A stretch of DNA of 64,000 nt from contig NC_043015.1 in the NCBI RefSeq assembly GCF_006345805.1, forward strand, positions 49,166,001 to 49,230,000, written 5' to 3'. Source of the DNA: Octopus sinensis. Lineage: Eukaryota. The notes beneath the pieces are model-generated. The model was given only the letters and a program-made list of their open reading frames with translations, was not told the origin of the DNA and did not search any database. Positions 25,756-38,464 of the stretch are shown here, one piece after another. Both the position numbers and the translations under genes were made by a program. Each line of letters opens with the position of its first letter. Positions within the stretch are counted from its first letter, which is position 1.

Positions 25756-26547
25756 ATCGAAATCCCAGTATCGAAATCAATACGGGACCTGGGGATAGAC
25801 ATGAGTGACGATGCATCTTTTTCTTCACACATCGCGAAGGTGGCGACAATGTGCAGACGACTCACTGGCTGGATCCTGAGGACATTCCGGACAAGAGACT
25901 GCGAGACCATGTTGACACTATGGAGGACATTTGTCCTAAGCCGCCTGGACTACTGCTCCCAACTGTGGTCACCGCATAGTGTTCAAACTAACCACAGAGC
26001 TTGAGACAATCCAAAGACATTTCACCAAGAGGATTTCCACCATGAAAGAAAAAAAACTATTGGGAGAGTCTTAGGGAACTCAATTTGTACTCCTTGGAAC
26101 GAAGACGAGAGAGAGATTGCAGTGATGTACATATGGAAAATCCTGGAGGGACTAGCACCAATTTTGGAATTGAGAGCTGTTCCAACCCCGTACACGTCCT
26201 GTGTGGTGCCAAAAGGTCCCGTCGTCCACATCAGGGTAAGGAGCAGATACTGTAATAGCCTGGGGTTCAGGGGCCCTCAGCTGTTCAACAAACTGCCAAG
26301 AAAACTAAGAGATCTACATGATGCGGATGTGGACATTTTCAAAAAAACATCTAGACAAGCTGCTTTCCGGGATCCCAGATGAACCCACTGCAAGGTACGA
26401 AGGTAACCTAAGGGCAGCAGCTACAAACTCTCTCTTAGATCAGTGGCCAGCCACGGCAAACTGGACTTAGAGAGGGTAGCAACAAGGGCGGTGCCCCAGC
26501 ATGGCCTCAGCCGGATGGCTGAAACAAGTAAAAGAGTAAAAGAGTAA

Positions 26548-26548
<1 letters not shown>
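25756..26548 (+). mobile_element. CR1-group LINE 3' fragment with tail
   Basis: RDLGIDMSDDASFSSHI..., LWRTFVLSRLDYCSQLWSP, YSLERRRER, YIWKILEG; 3' GGCGGTGCCCCAGCATGGCC...GAAACAAGTAAAAGAGTAAAAGAGT. Confidence 0.9.
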
Positions 26549-26582
<34 letters not shown>

Positions 26583-26763
26583 TATATATATATATATAGT
26601 ATATATATATATTATATATATATAATGTTAGTTCATTATCATCATCATTAACATTTATATATATATATAATGACACTTAATTTGAAGTATTTATTTACTA
26701 CTCAATTAATTACCACCATTATCATTTTAACGTCCGCCCATATATATATATATATATATATAC

Positions 26764-26796
<33 letters not shown>

Positions 26797-27028
26797 CAGG
26801 GTTGGCCAAAAGTCACCTGACAGTAAATCAAAACCATTTAATTCCAATATTTATTTATGTTTAACAACTGAATGAATTTTAAAAAAGCGTCTAAATATGA
26901 AACATCATGAAAATTGTTCAAACTGAAGTCCTTCTTGTGCGACACCATTTTTCCATTCGATTCAATACAGAATTACAGATAAAATTTATGGAACTTTGAT
27001 TTACTGTCGGGTGACTTTTGGACAAACG
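26797..27028. mobile_element. Tc1/mariner-type MITE
   Basis: TA|CAGGGTTGGCCAAAAGTCACCTGACAGTAAATCAAA ... TTTGATTTACTGTCGGGTGACTTTTGGACAAACG|TA. Confidence 0.8.
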
Positions 27029-27069
27029 TATATATGTGTGTGTGTAAGGAAAACAGAATTGATGAATGA

Positions 27070-27232
27070 TAATTGATGAATATCAGTTATCATTTATTGA
27101 TTATAAGAAGGCAAAATCTTGTCTGACAGCTGTTTCTGTTGGCGCTTGCCTGAGAATAGCGCCAACAAAAACAGCTGTCAGATCAAATTTTGCCTTTTTA
27201 TAATGAATAAACGATAATTGATGTTCATCAAT
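27070..27232. repeat. Imperfect fold-back (~75-bp arms), PLE-like, with hammerhead 3' half
   Basis: Arms mirror around TGCCTGAGAAT; the minus arm reads GAAAC-AGCT-GTC^AGA. Confidence 0.7.
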
Positions 27233-27425
27233 TTCATTTCCATTTTCTGTTTTCTTTAAATGTAGAAAAGCTTCAGTTTATTCATGTCATGACCTATCAT
27301 TTATGGGTATTAATACTAATACTCATAATCACGTGCAAGGTAATACACCAGTTGATTCACTGGACACAAGTATCCCTTAGACGGTTGTTATAACCTTTAG
27401 CTTAACTCTCTCTCTCACACACAGC

Positions 27426-27466
<41 letters not shown>

Positions 27467-27537
27467 CATACATACATACATACATATACACACATACATG
27501 TATACACACACATATATATATACACACACACACACAC

Positions 27538-27806
27538 GTCACTAAAGTGAACAAGGCCACAAGTCAGCACCAGTGTTGCTAGAAATAAGAGTCAAAACAA
27601 CTCAATAGCCACAGAAGCACTGTCTTAATTAGCTGACAAGGGAGACAAGCTCCCTACGGCGGCAGATCGAGCTCGATCACCGATGATTTCGCATTCTGAG
27701 GGTTAACGCATCTTAAAATAGTGATTTTTTTGTGGCTATTGACTTGATTTGACTCTTATTTCTAGCAATACAAGTGCTAAGTAATGTTCTTGTTCACTTT
27801 AGTGAC
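27538..27806. repeat. Fold-back element with ~85-bp imperfect arms
   Basis: GTCACTAAAGTGAACAAG...TTGCTAGAAATAAGAGTCAAA mirrored by TTTGACTCTTATTTCTAGCAA...CTTGTTCACTTTAGTGAC. Confidence 0.75.
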
Positions 27807-27870
27807 ATATATTTAGGCTGTAAAATTGAGAATTAGCCGCCCATATTATATATATATACATATATATATA

Positions 27871-28061
27871 GTGAGAATTTACAAAAAAAATACAAAAGAA
27901 AAAACAAAAGACGATGACGGGTGTGTAAAAAACAAACAGAAGTATTAGCTTAACGCTCGGGAAGTGAGAGAGTCATTTACGTTTCGAGCCTACGCTCTCA
28001 GCAGAAAGGAACACAGAAATAGACAGAGGAAATAGAAAAAAGGCTTAGTGGCTAGCGATAC

Positions 28062-28092
<31 letters not shown>

Positions 28093-28125
28093 TGTATGTA
28101 TGGATGTATGTATGTATGTATGTAT

Positions 28126-28203
<78 letters not shown>

Positions 28204-28380
28204 TAGTGAGAAGACGGGGTGTAAACAACAACAAACAGATGTATTAGTTTAACGCTCGGTAAGTGAGGGTCTTTTACATTTCGAGCCTACGCTCTTCGAC
28301 AGAAAGGAACACAGAAATAAACAAGAAGAGAAAATAAAAAGAGGGAGAGAAAATAAAAAAAGGTTTAATGGCTAGCGATC
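27871..28380 (-). mobile_element. Two tandem PLE pLTR copies (family P1) separated by microsatellite
   Basis: 27871-28058 and 28206-28380 are similar to each other and to 9826-10026; each has a hammerhead-like motif (~27973-28008; 28270-28306). Confidence 0.7.
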
Positions 28381-28435
28381 TCAGTGAATAAAGTTAAAAA
28401 ATGGTCTGGTTTTCACGATTTTTTGTTATTCTTTC

Positions 28436-28790
28436 AGTCTTTTACTTGTTTCAGGCATTTGATGGCGGCCATGCTGGAGCACCGCCTTTAGTCAAGCAAA
28501 TTGACCCCAGGACTTATTCTTTGTAAGCCTAGTACTTATTCTATCGGTTTCTTTTGTCGAAATGCTAAGTTACAGGGACTTAAACACACCAGCATCGGTT
28601 GTCAAGCGATAAACACACGCACAAACACATACATATACAGATACGACGGGCTGCTTTCAGTTTCCGTCCACTAAATCCACTCACAAAGCTTTGGTCGGCC
28701 CGAGGCTATAGTAGAAAACACCTGCCCAAGGTACCACGCAGTGGGACTGAACCCAGAACCATATGGTTGGGAAGCAAGCTATTTACCACA
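28436..28790 (-). mobile_element. SINE family A
   Basis: Full motif set. Confidence 0.85.
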
Positions 28791-29067
28791 ATGCTCATAA
28801 AGTTGAATTAGCGCTTTCATACATAGTGTAATCACCAAATTTCGAATGTTGAGTACTTGACAAATTCAGAACCATTTAGAATGCTCCAGCAAGCTGAATT
28901 TTTAGAGTATACCTTTTTGACCAATCCGCATGCAACTTAAACAACACTTATCTTAAGCCAAAGGCAACCACATAATAAAGTTATTTAAAAACAATTACAA
29001 GTTTATCAAATTTAGGTGCATTTTCAACAACAAATTTTTCTATATTTTTTCCTGCGTGTAAATACAC

Positions 29068-29097
<30 letters not shown>

Positions 29098-29098
<1 letters not shown>

Positions 29099-31290
29099 GA
29101 ATAAAAAATGGAGTTAACGCAGGTTTAAACAAGTATTTTTACTTTCTACATATGTTTCAAAAATTCCACTGATACTTATTCAAAAGAATAAAAGGTATAA
29201 ACAATGCAATCTTCTCTTCGGGAAAGTGAAAAAACGAAACTTGTCAATACGACATTTTAGCAAAAAATGATGGATTCGTATAGCGATAGACAGAACGCTA
29301 TTAATATCGTTTAAAAAAACGTTATATGATATAACGTCATAAGTAGCTAACAGAAAGAGTAGGGATATTAATAGTGAATGTTAAATATAAAGGAAATTAA
29401 AGTCTAAACTATATATAATGATAGAGACTACTTATATGCACTAAAAGTATGTTTCTGCCAATGCTTACATCTGTATGCTCGTTCTATAACCGTGGTTACT
29501 AGAGTATTTTTAGAAAAAATAATGAAAAATAGCTCAGAATTGCAGAGAAGACAGAATTTCTTGCCTTTGTCATATGGTATCGAAATTGAGAGGATCAACC
29601 ATTCTAAATGAAATTGTTCATTGTGGTCTTTTAAATCCCAATCAGTTTGCTGAGACCGGTACTATTCCGTTTATTTCTATCCCTAAATGTTGAGTAATGG
29701 ATAGAAATTCTCTTAGATAACTCTAACGATGTGCTTCCAATGTAAAATCGTACTTTTTACGAGTACTGATTATACACTGGTATATAGAATTTTTAATCTT
29801 AGAGTTACTGACATAAATTTAATTCTATTGGGATTGACTTCAGATACAATAACCTTGTTATTAATATTTCTAGAGGGTTGGATGGTAGTAGCTAAATTAA
29901 TGTTAGTATTAGTAAATGTATTATTAATTTAACAGTTTGTTATTATGAGAAGATATAATTGCAAGAGATTTTTTGTGTTTGAAAAACCTATCCTAACCTT
30001 ATGTGAATTAATTATAGAGTAATATCTAGAATTATTGGAAAATTCCTAGCAATAGCTTGACGAAACAACAGTGGAGATTAGATTTAATTTGTCTCCGTAA
30101 GGAATTATTAACCAAATATTTTTACTAGTATTCATAGCGTAATTACTTTTGAAGGTGTTATATTTACTTTTAGATCGGTAATAGGGGAATAAATAAGGGT
30201 TATCTGCCTTCATTCGCTTTGTATCGGTGCGTAAGTTATGTTTGTTATCAATAATTCTTTTACGACTAGAAATCTTATCTACATTATTGAATTTACAATT
30301 AGACTGAGCAGAATCAATGTAGAAAATTTTTTCTGTATAACCTGCTTTGATTAAGGCAGAGTTATAGAATTCAGCGTTATTATTGAAAATATCAACATTA
30401 GCAGATAATTTAGATAATCTAAATGAAATATTCTTAACTAAATTCTTAGTAATTGCTCCAGGATGATTACTAAATTTGCTAATGTACTTAAGATTGGTCA
30501 ACGGTTTATGATATGAGAAGTAAGAGTCACTGTGTAAATTAAGCGTAATATCTAAAAAGTTGGCCTTCGTCAGATCGTCATCAAAAACGATTTTTAAGCC
30601 CATTCTACTGAAAAAATTAACTAAACTGTTCTTAACTTTTTGTACCTTTTGGTTGGAAACATTTTAACATTTTGGAGGTAAAGTAAACAATCATCACGAT
30701 ATAGACCTCCATAAATGTTAGGGAACTCTTCAGCCATTTCAAAAAGAATATATATACAGACCAAATCAGAACTTCCCATAGGTATATCGAAACTATCTGG
30801 TGTGTCTTTACGGACCCACAACTTATCATCAAATTTAATAATAGATTTTCTGGCTGCCAACACAACATTAATTTCTTCTCGGGTGAGACCAGCTTTGTTA
30901 TGAGCAAGCCAAAGTGCCTTATTAAGTACTATTGGATTAATAGACGAATAAAAATTGGAAATATCAAACTGGATAAACTTCTTACTCACCTTACTGTTAA
31001 TAGACCTAAACCAGTCAACTACGTCAAATGAATTAGTCCATAAACTAAGTTTTAATGTTTTGATTAGATTAGGAATATATTTATCTAGTATATTTTTACT
31101 AAGGATACCGATGTCAGAGCTAGAAGGGCATATAAGCCTTAATGATGGGTTAGTAAAAAATTGGTTTGTGATCCTTCAAAATGAACCTAGGTTGCTTAGG
31201 AACAAGTGGTTCTGTCTTCATTTGTAGGTTATATTCTCCATGATTTCATAGCCTCGATGTTGGCTTTCTAAGTATTCTTTTATCAGCAAT
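29098..31290 (-). mobile_element. 5'-truncated Penelope-like retroelement: RT + C-terminal GIY-YIG endonuclease, frameshifted
   Basis: RFILKDHKP, KFIQFDISNFYSSI, GGLYRDDCL, NFLDITLNL, YHKP...SNHP; IYQC (29777-29785) and YIGST (29736-29744), WDLKD...FCLLCNSE; pLTR at 29098-29220. Confidence 0.9.
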
Positions 31291-31432
31291 TTTATATATA
31301 TATATTATATATAGATATAATATAGATATATAGATAGATAGATAGATACATACATACATACATACATACATACATACATACATTATATATATATATATAT
31401 ATATATTTATATTATATATATATATATTATAT

Positions 31433-31533
<101 letters not shown>

Positions 31534-31605
31534 ATATATTATATATAATATATATATATATTTATATATATATTATATATATAGAGAGAGAGAGAGGAGA
31601 TAGAT

Positions 31606-31656
<51 letters not shown>

Positions 31657-31678
31657 TATATAATAAAATTATATATAT

Positions 31679-31739
<61 letters not shown>

Positions 31740-32045
31740 GATACACCGGAGTAAACACATAAATGTGAAACAAGGTGGGAAAAAGAGTACTCAAATACCA
31801 GTGGTAGAGTAATATGCTTTATTTTAAGCAGCAGAAAATTCAACAAAATCTGTTACTCTGAGTTCTCGTGCCGTTATCAGACAGTTGTCTGATGAACGGC
31901 AACGAGAAACTCAGAGTACAGATTTTGTTGAATTTTTGCTCTGAGTTTCTCGTTGCCGTTCATCAGACAGTTGTCTGATGAACGGCAACGAGAAACTCAG
32001 AGTAACAGATTTTGTTGAATTTTCCTGCTGCTTTAAAATAAAGTA
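31740..32045. mobile_element. PLE pLTR fold-back (family P3), hairpin duplicated
   Basis: Perfect palindrome CTCTGAGTTTCTCGTTGCCGTTCATCAGAC-AGTT-GTCTGATGAACGGCAACGAGAAACTCAGAG; same flanks as 15157-15425. Confidence 0.8.
31971..32008 (+). ncRNA. Minimal type-I hammerhead ribozyme motif, canonical CUGAUGA/GAAA core
   Basis: TTGT-CTGATGA-ACG(GCAA)CGA-GAAA-CTC-A-GAG-TA^ACAG; predicted cleavage after 32004; 10.1-11.1 is an A-A mismatch. Confidence 0.7.
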
Positions 32046-32066
32046 TATATATAGATAGATAGATAG

Positions 32067-32119
<53 letters not shown>

Positions 32120-32148
32120 TATAATATTATATATATATATATATATAT

Positions 32149-32182
<34 letters not shown>

Positions 32183-32199
32183 GTTGACTGTCTACACTT

Positions 32200-32600
32200 C
32201 AGCTGCACCTCTCCTGCCTAGGGATTACACTCGACTCCTCTGTTGATGAAAAATCGCTCCAATACACCACAACGCCTGAAGTTTTTGAACCTTTTGAACT
32301 TTTCGTAACTTTTTTTTATACTTTCTAAACTTTTATTGTACTTTCTGCTTTTTCCTATTGTCGTTTCTCTCCCTAGCTCTCCTGTGTGACCCTTCTGTCC
32401 GACATTCGCCATGATAGATCGCTAGCCGCTACACATTCTTTTATTTTCTCTCCTTGTTTCTCTTTGTGTTCCTTTCTATGGAAGAGAGTAGGCTCGAAAC
32501 GTTAAAGACTTTTCACTTCCCGAGCGTTATACTAATACATCTGTTTGTTGTCTACACCACCTGTCTTCGTCTTTTGTTTTTTGTGTGAATTCTCCCCCTA
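32200..32600 (+). mobile_element. PLE 3' fragment (family P1) with decayed hammerhead
   Basis: GCCATGATAGATCGCTAGC...CCTTT-CTATGGA-A-GAGA(GTAG)GCTC-GAAACGTT-AAAGA. Confidence 0.6.
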
Positions 32601-32885
32601 TACATGCGTATATGCTTATCTGTATATTTGTATGCATGTTTACATGAGGGTTACTATTGTGTTTATGTATTTGTTTAAGTATGTATGCATATTCTATGTG
32701 TTCGTTCGATGGGGGTTGGTTTTTATGCATAAGTTTAGATGTATCTTTTTCTTTTCATTTTCCTTTTCCTTGTGGTTGGATACTTTAGTGACCGCTGTTA
32801 TCTTCTCACCCTTTTCCATCTTTATTTTATCTCTCTTTCTTTTTCCTTCATTCTGTCACATCTTTTTCTTCCAGCCACCACCTCT

Positions 32886-33200
32886 TATTACCTCCACCTT
32901 AGCGAAGGCGGAGGTATTGTTTTCAGTCGCGTTTGTTAGTTTGTCCGTGGATAAGATATCTCAAGAACTACTGGAAAGATTCAGATGAAACTTTCAGGGA
33001 TGTTTGGCCTCGTAGCTCGCACGAACTGATTAGATTTTGGGATCGATCCGTTATCGGACAAAGATTCTGGATTATTTTTCTGTTATTTTTACTTAATTTT
33101 TGAGAGCGGTCGGGCTCATTTTAAGTATTCTCAATTGTGAGAGCAGTCGAGTTTATTTCAGATATTCTCATTTAAAAACCCATCTCTGGCTAATCGTATT
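32886..33200 (+). mobile_element. Helentron/DINE-1-like non-autonomous element, 5' portion
   Basis: TTATT-ACCTCCACCTT(AGCG)AAGGCGGAGGT 5' stem-loop followed by a GTTTGTTAGTTTGTCCGT simple-repeat core; 3' end not located. Confidence 0.55.
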
Positions 33201-34084
33201 CTACCTGTATTCAAATCTTCAGTTGCCTTGTACAACGCACAAGGACACAGCTTACAAATATGTCGTGTAGATGAAAGATAGAACTATCATTGCGTTCCAT
33301 GGCTAAGATAAGTGGTTGTTCAAAACATCACACACGCAGACAGTAGCAGAGTGATAGTTATATAAATTGTGTAAGGGTTTTAAGTGTGTGTGAGAATTAT
33401 TCTTGTCAAAAAGAAGGCCATCGCATAGAAATGTTTTGTTTTTGTTATCAGTTGATCTGAGTCAACATCTGACTTCGAATTAACAAGTGAAGATGTTTAA
33501 TTTCTTTCTTTTCTTTTTACACAGACAAAATACTTCTGATGTATAACGGAGGTGGTGGTGGTGGGTGAAATGACATTGAGTTAGTTAACAGGTATTACTG
33601 ACAAAAGTGGCGTGATAATGACCCGACCCGACCCGACCTGACCGAAAATTGAAACCGGGTCACAGATGAAGCAGAGATATGACAAATCTAACCGTACTCA
33701 CGCTTGATGACTTGTTGAAGTTTTTGGAGACCTTAGAACGTGGCTAATGTTAATATCTTCTCAACAGTAGCTGCGTGACAAATTGTTACAAAACCTGTTG
33801 TAAAAGTAGACTGTTTGGTTCGTGTTATGTGATGTATTTGTTCCTATAAGGCGGTGCCTGAACACTGAATAGTATTTCTGAGTGTGTGACAGAATAGCTT
33901 TAGAGTCAAGAAACTAAGCGCAGGCTTGGCTGGGTGGTGAAAAAGTTAACTTTGTAAACAGGTGGTTTCAGGTTCAGTCCCACCGCGCACCACTTTAGGC
34001 AGATAAATATCTTCTAATATATAGTCCCGGGCCGATCAATGCCCTGTGAGTGAATTTGGTATACGGAAACTGTGTGGAAGCCCG

Positions 34085-34133
34085 TCGTATGTGTGTAAAT
34101 ATGTATGTATGCGTGTGTGTGTGTGTGTGTGAG

Positions 34134-34168
<35 letters not shown>

Positions 34169-34218
34169 TATATATATGTATATATACATATATGCATATA
34201 ATATATGTATATATATAT

Positions 34219-34257
<39 letters not shown>

Positions 34258-34261
34258 ATAT

Positions 34262-34292
<31 letters not shown>

Positions 34293-34581
34293 CGCACATG
34301 TATATATATATATATACATGTCTATATATATATATATATACACACATGTATATATATATATATACATGTATATATATATATATATATACACACATGTATA
34401 TAATATATATACATGTATATATATATATATACACACATGTATATATATATATACATGTATATATATATATATATATACTATATATATAAATGTATATATA
34501 TATATATATACATATATATGCACATATATATATACATGTATATATATATATTATATATATTACATATATTATACATATATA

Positions 34582-34623
<42 letters not shown>

Positions 34624-34855
34624 AGATATATATCTATATATATATTATATATATATATATCTATATACATATATATACATGTATATATATATATACATAT
34701 ATATACCATATATATACATGTATATATATAATATATATATATATTTATATATATATATTATATTATATATATATTATATATATATATATATATAATATAT
34801 AATATATATATATATACACATATATATACATGTATATATATATATATATATATTG
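34085..34855. repeat. Long (TA)n/(TACATG)-type microsatellite
   Basis: Directly visible; receives the 3' end of the CR1 LINE. Confidence 0.95.
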
Positions 34856-37800
34856 ATTGATTGATTGATTGATTCTAGTTTCAGCTTATGAGCTGTGGCC
34901 ATGCTGGGGCACCGCCATTTGGTGTTGCTACTTGGTTTTCACTTCATGGAGGCTTTCTAGCAACTGCTATTTGGTGCATGAGAGAGTTCGATGCAGCTGC
35001 CCTCATCTGCCCCTCCTGCCGTGAAGTTGGTTCATCTGGGACACCTGACAGGAAGAGATCCAGCTTCATTTTAAAGACAATCTGTATCCACCCCATGCAG
35101 GTCTCTCAGGTTCTTCGGGAGGATATTGAAGAGCTGTGGGCCTCGGAAGCCCAGGCTATCACAGAATCTTGTCCTACATCCTGATGGCGGTTTGGAGTCC
35201 TAGGCACCACGCAGTGGCGCCCAGTTCTGGCATTTGCGTAACTCTCGATGCCAAAGTTCAGGACACTTCCCTCCAGGATCTCCAGATGTATATTATGGCA
35301 TATCTTCCCGCCTACGCTCCAGGGAATATAATTTTAATCTCTTGAGTCTTTCCCAGTAGCTTACATTCTGCATAGAGGCTATCTTCTTTGTGTAGCTTCG
35401 TTGGATCGCCTCAAGTTCTGTGATCAACTTGACACTGGATGGTGACCATAGCTGAGAGCAATAGTCAAAGTGGCTTAGGACAAGTGTCTTCCAGAGGACC
35501 ATCATGGTTTCTTGTTCTCTTGTTCTAAAGGTTCTAAGAATCCATCCAGCCAGCCGTCTACATTCATTGTCAGTTTAGCAACATGTACATGAAAGGTCGC
35601 GTCATCACTCATGTGAATACCCAGGTCACGCACTGATTGTGCCTCTGGGATTGCAATCCCTCCGGGTCCAGTGTATTCATTGGTATTGCATTCAGTTTTG
35701 CATGCTGATAGTATAAAGCTTGAAACTTTCCAGCATTGAACTGCATGCTATTCTTTTCAGCCCACTTGTATATTTCGTCCAGCTCACATTGCAGGTGTTT
35801 AGTGTCCTCAGGGTTCTGTATTGCCTGTGAAACTTTTGTATCATCTGCATAACTTGTGATCGTGGCTCTCTGCGTGGCTGAGGGCATGTCTGAGAGGGCC
35901 ATTATGAACAGTAGTGGTCCCAGGACAGTGCCCTGCGGAACACCGCTCACTATTTGTGTGTTAATGGAGGTGGCCCCATTGGCTACTACCACCTGACTTC
36001 TATCCTTCAGAAAGTCATGAAGCCATACTCCCAGTTTTCCAACTATGTTGAGATCACGCAGTTTGTGACATATCATTCCATGATCGACTTTATCAAAGGC
36101 CTTTGCAAAGTCGAGATATATCACTTCCACATTTGAGTGGTTGAGCAGCCGTTTCAGCACCCAGTCATAGTGTTGTAGGAGCTGAGTTAAGCAGCTTCTC
36201 CCTGGTCGGAAACCATGTTGGGTGTCGGGCAGCAAGTCATTCTCTTCAAGGAAGGTGATCAGCTTCCTTCTGACTATTCGTTCCATGACCTTGCTGATGT
36301 GTGAGGTCAGAGAGATAGGTCTATAGTTCTTGGCTTCCGCTCTGCTACCTCCTTATGAATGGGGCATATTTTACCTTCCTTCAGTTTTCCTGGAAGTTTG
36401 CCAGCTGCAAGGAAGCTCTGAAAGAGGAACTGCAGTGGTCTTGCTAGGACTCTCTTACATGCTTTTAGGAGGATTGCCGGGAATCCATCGGGGCCAGTAG
36501 CTGAGTCTGTTTTCATTTCATCTATAGCCTTGGTTACATCTTCTTCCTTTATATCGATGTAATCTATCGTCGCCGCCTCTGATGCCCAAGGGGTGGAGTG
36601 AAAACACTCTTGAATTGCTCATTCAGTATTTCACTTACCCTCATTGGTTTTCCTGTAAGTGTGCAATCCTTTTCGAGGAGTGGCCCTATTCTACAGTGCA
36701 CCGTAGCTGTTTCTTTGGCATACCTGTAGAAAGCTCTGGGGTTAGATTTTATGTTTTCTATAGCCCAGGCTTCTTTGTCTGCTCTTTCTTTTTCATGGGA
36801 GAGTTGCAGACATTTTTCGATTTCCAACAGTTTTATTTTTAGGCGGGACTTTTCACTGCTTCAATCTGTTTGTTCAGGCGATTTGAAAATTCGTACGCCG
36901 TCTCATTAAAATTTTCCTCTCTCTGGGGATTTTGTTCTTGTGTACAGTGGCCTTTCTCTCTGGGACACATTTGTAGCATATGGCTTGCATTACAGACATG
37001 AATTGTTGAAGTTTCACGTCGATGTCTGGCGAGGAGAGACATTTAGGCCAGTTTTGTTTGAGGATCTCTTTCTCAATTGTTTCCAGTTTGCCTTATGGTA
37101 GTTCAAGCTGGAAAAATTTTGAGGGTTTCTTGTAGGCTGCATGTCCGTGCTCTCTTTGGCCCGTACATGGTCAGCTCTATCATGTTGTGATCCGAGAGTA
37201 GTGTCGGTGTCACTTTCACATTATGGATGAGATCCATGTCATTTGTGAAGCAGAGATCCAGTGTGTTACCTGCCCTGGTTGGTTGGAGTATTACCTGCTC
37301 CATGTACAGGGTGTTGATGAGGTTCAGGAGGGACCTCGCCTGTCCTCGTTCACATCTTGTCATTCCTGGGAGAGAAAGGCCCTCGGGCCATCTGACATTG
37401 GGCAGATTGAAGTCTCCCATAAGAAGCACACCTATGTGTTGTTCTAATGTGGTTAGAATTTCTTTATTTCTTCTATTTTTATAAGGCAGTCTTCAAACTT
37501 GCCCACATGGCTTGGGGCATCTGGAGGGCGATATGTAGCACACACAACTACATCAAGTTGCCTAATATGTACAATTAGTGTGTCACACACCGAGTTTGAG
37601 TATGACAAGAGGACCTGGGGTGTGAGGTCCTCCCGGATGTACATAGCAACACCTCCATGACTCCTTTCTTTCCTGTCGGTCCGTAGTACAGCATACTGTG
37701 GTATGTGTAACTCCGCATCTGCTATGTCCGGTTTCAGGTGTGTTTCTGTAAGTGCTATGCATAAGGCTTGATTGCATGCAACAAAGTCTCTCAGGAACGG

Positions 37801-38464
37801 GATCTTTGTCCTGTTACTGAGTGTTTGCAGTCCTCTGATGTTCAGTAGGAGCATCGAGGTGAGGTGTACGTTGTTGCCGGCGGTGTCCATCCTGTGTCTG
37901 TTTGCTGTGGTGGTCTGGTATATAGTGGGTAGCCCCCTGCGGGCTTGGGTTTGATGAAGCCAGGTCAGCTGCTGTACAATCTTTTGTGCCATGCACAAAA
38001 AAGATTGTTGCTCAGCAGCTGCTCTTTCGACAACATCATGTTGGCTGTTTGTGGCGCGCACAACATCTGCGTACCTCCGCTTTGGGGCAGGTGGTGCGTG
38101 GTCCATCCCTTTTCTTTGTGTTGATGGTTTGTCCATCTGCCTCGTGTCTCTGTGGCAGGGTCCCCGATGTGCAAAGCGGCAGCCTGCACCTTCTTTCCAT
38201 GCCAGCAGGAACCTCTCAGGTAGAACATACACACCCGTGTGCGTGTTTGGTTCCATCCTTTGCGGTTCCACTTCTATTCCTGGTTGTTTCACTCTTTGGT
38301 CATGCTTGAGCTTTTTCTTTTCCTTTAGCTCTTCCAGTCCTTCTTTTAGTTCTTCTTCCTCCCTCTACCTCTTCACCGGGTTCTCCGTCTCCATGGCCCT
38401 TGCTGCCGGTTGGAGAACTTGCACCTGGGTTCACTTCCCGGGCAGGTTTCTCATTCAAAACCTC

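Noticed and set aside
34036-34731. Several long YI/CV-rich ORFs (also 21192-21936 and 8270-9416)
   Set aside because: Pure simple-sequence repeats lacking stops by chance
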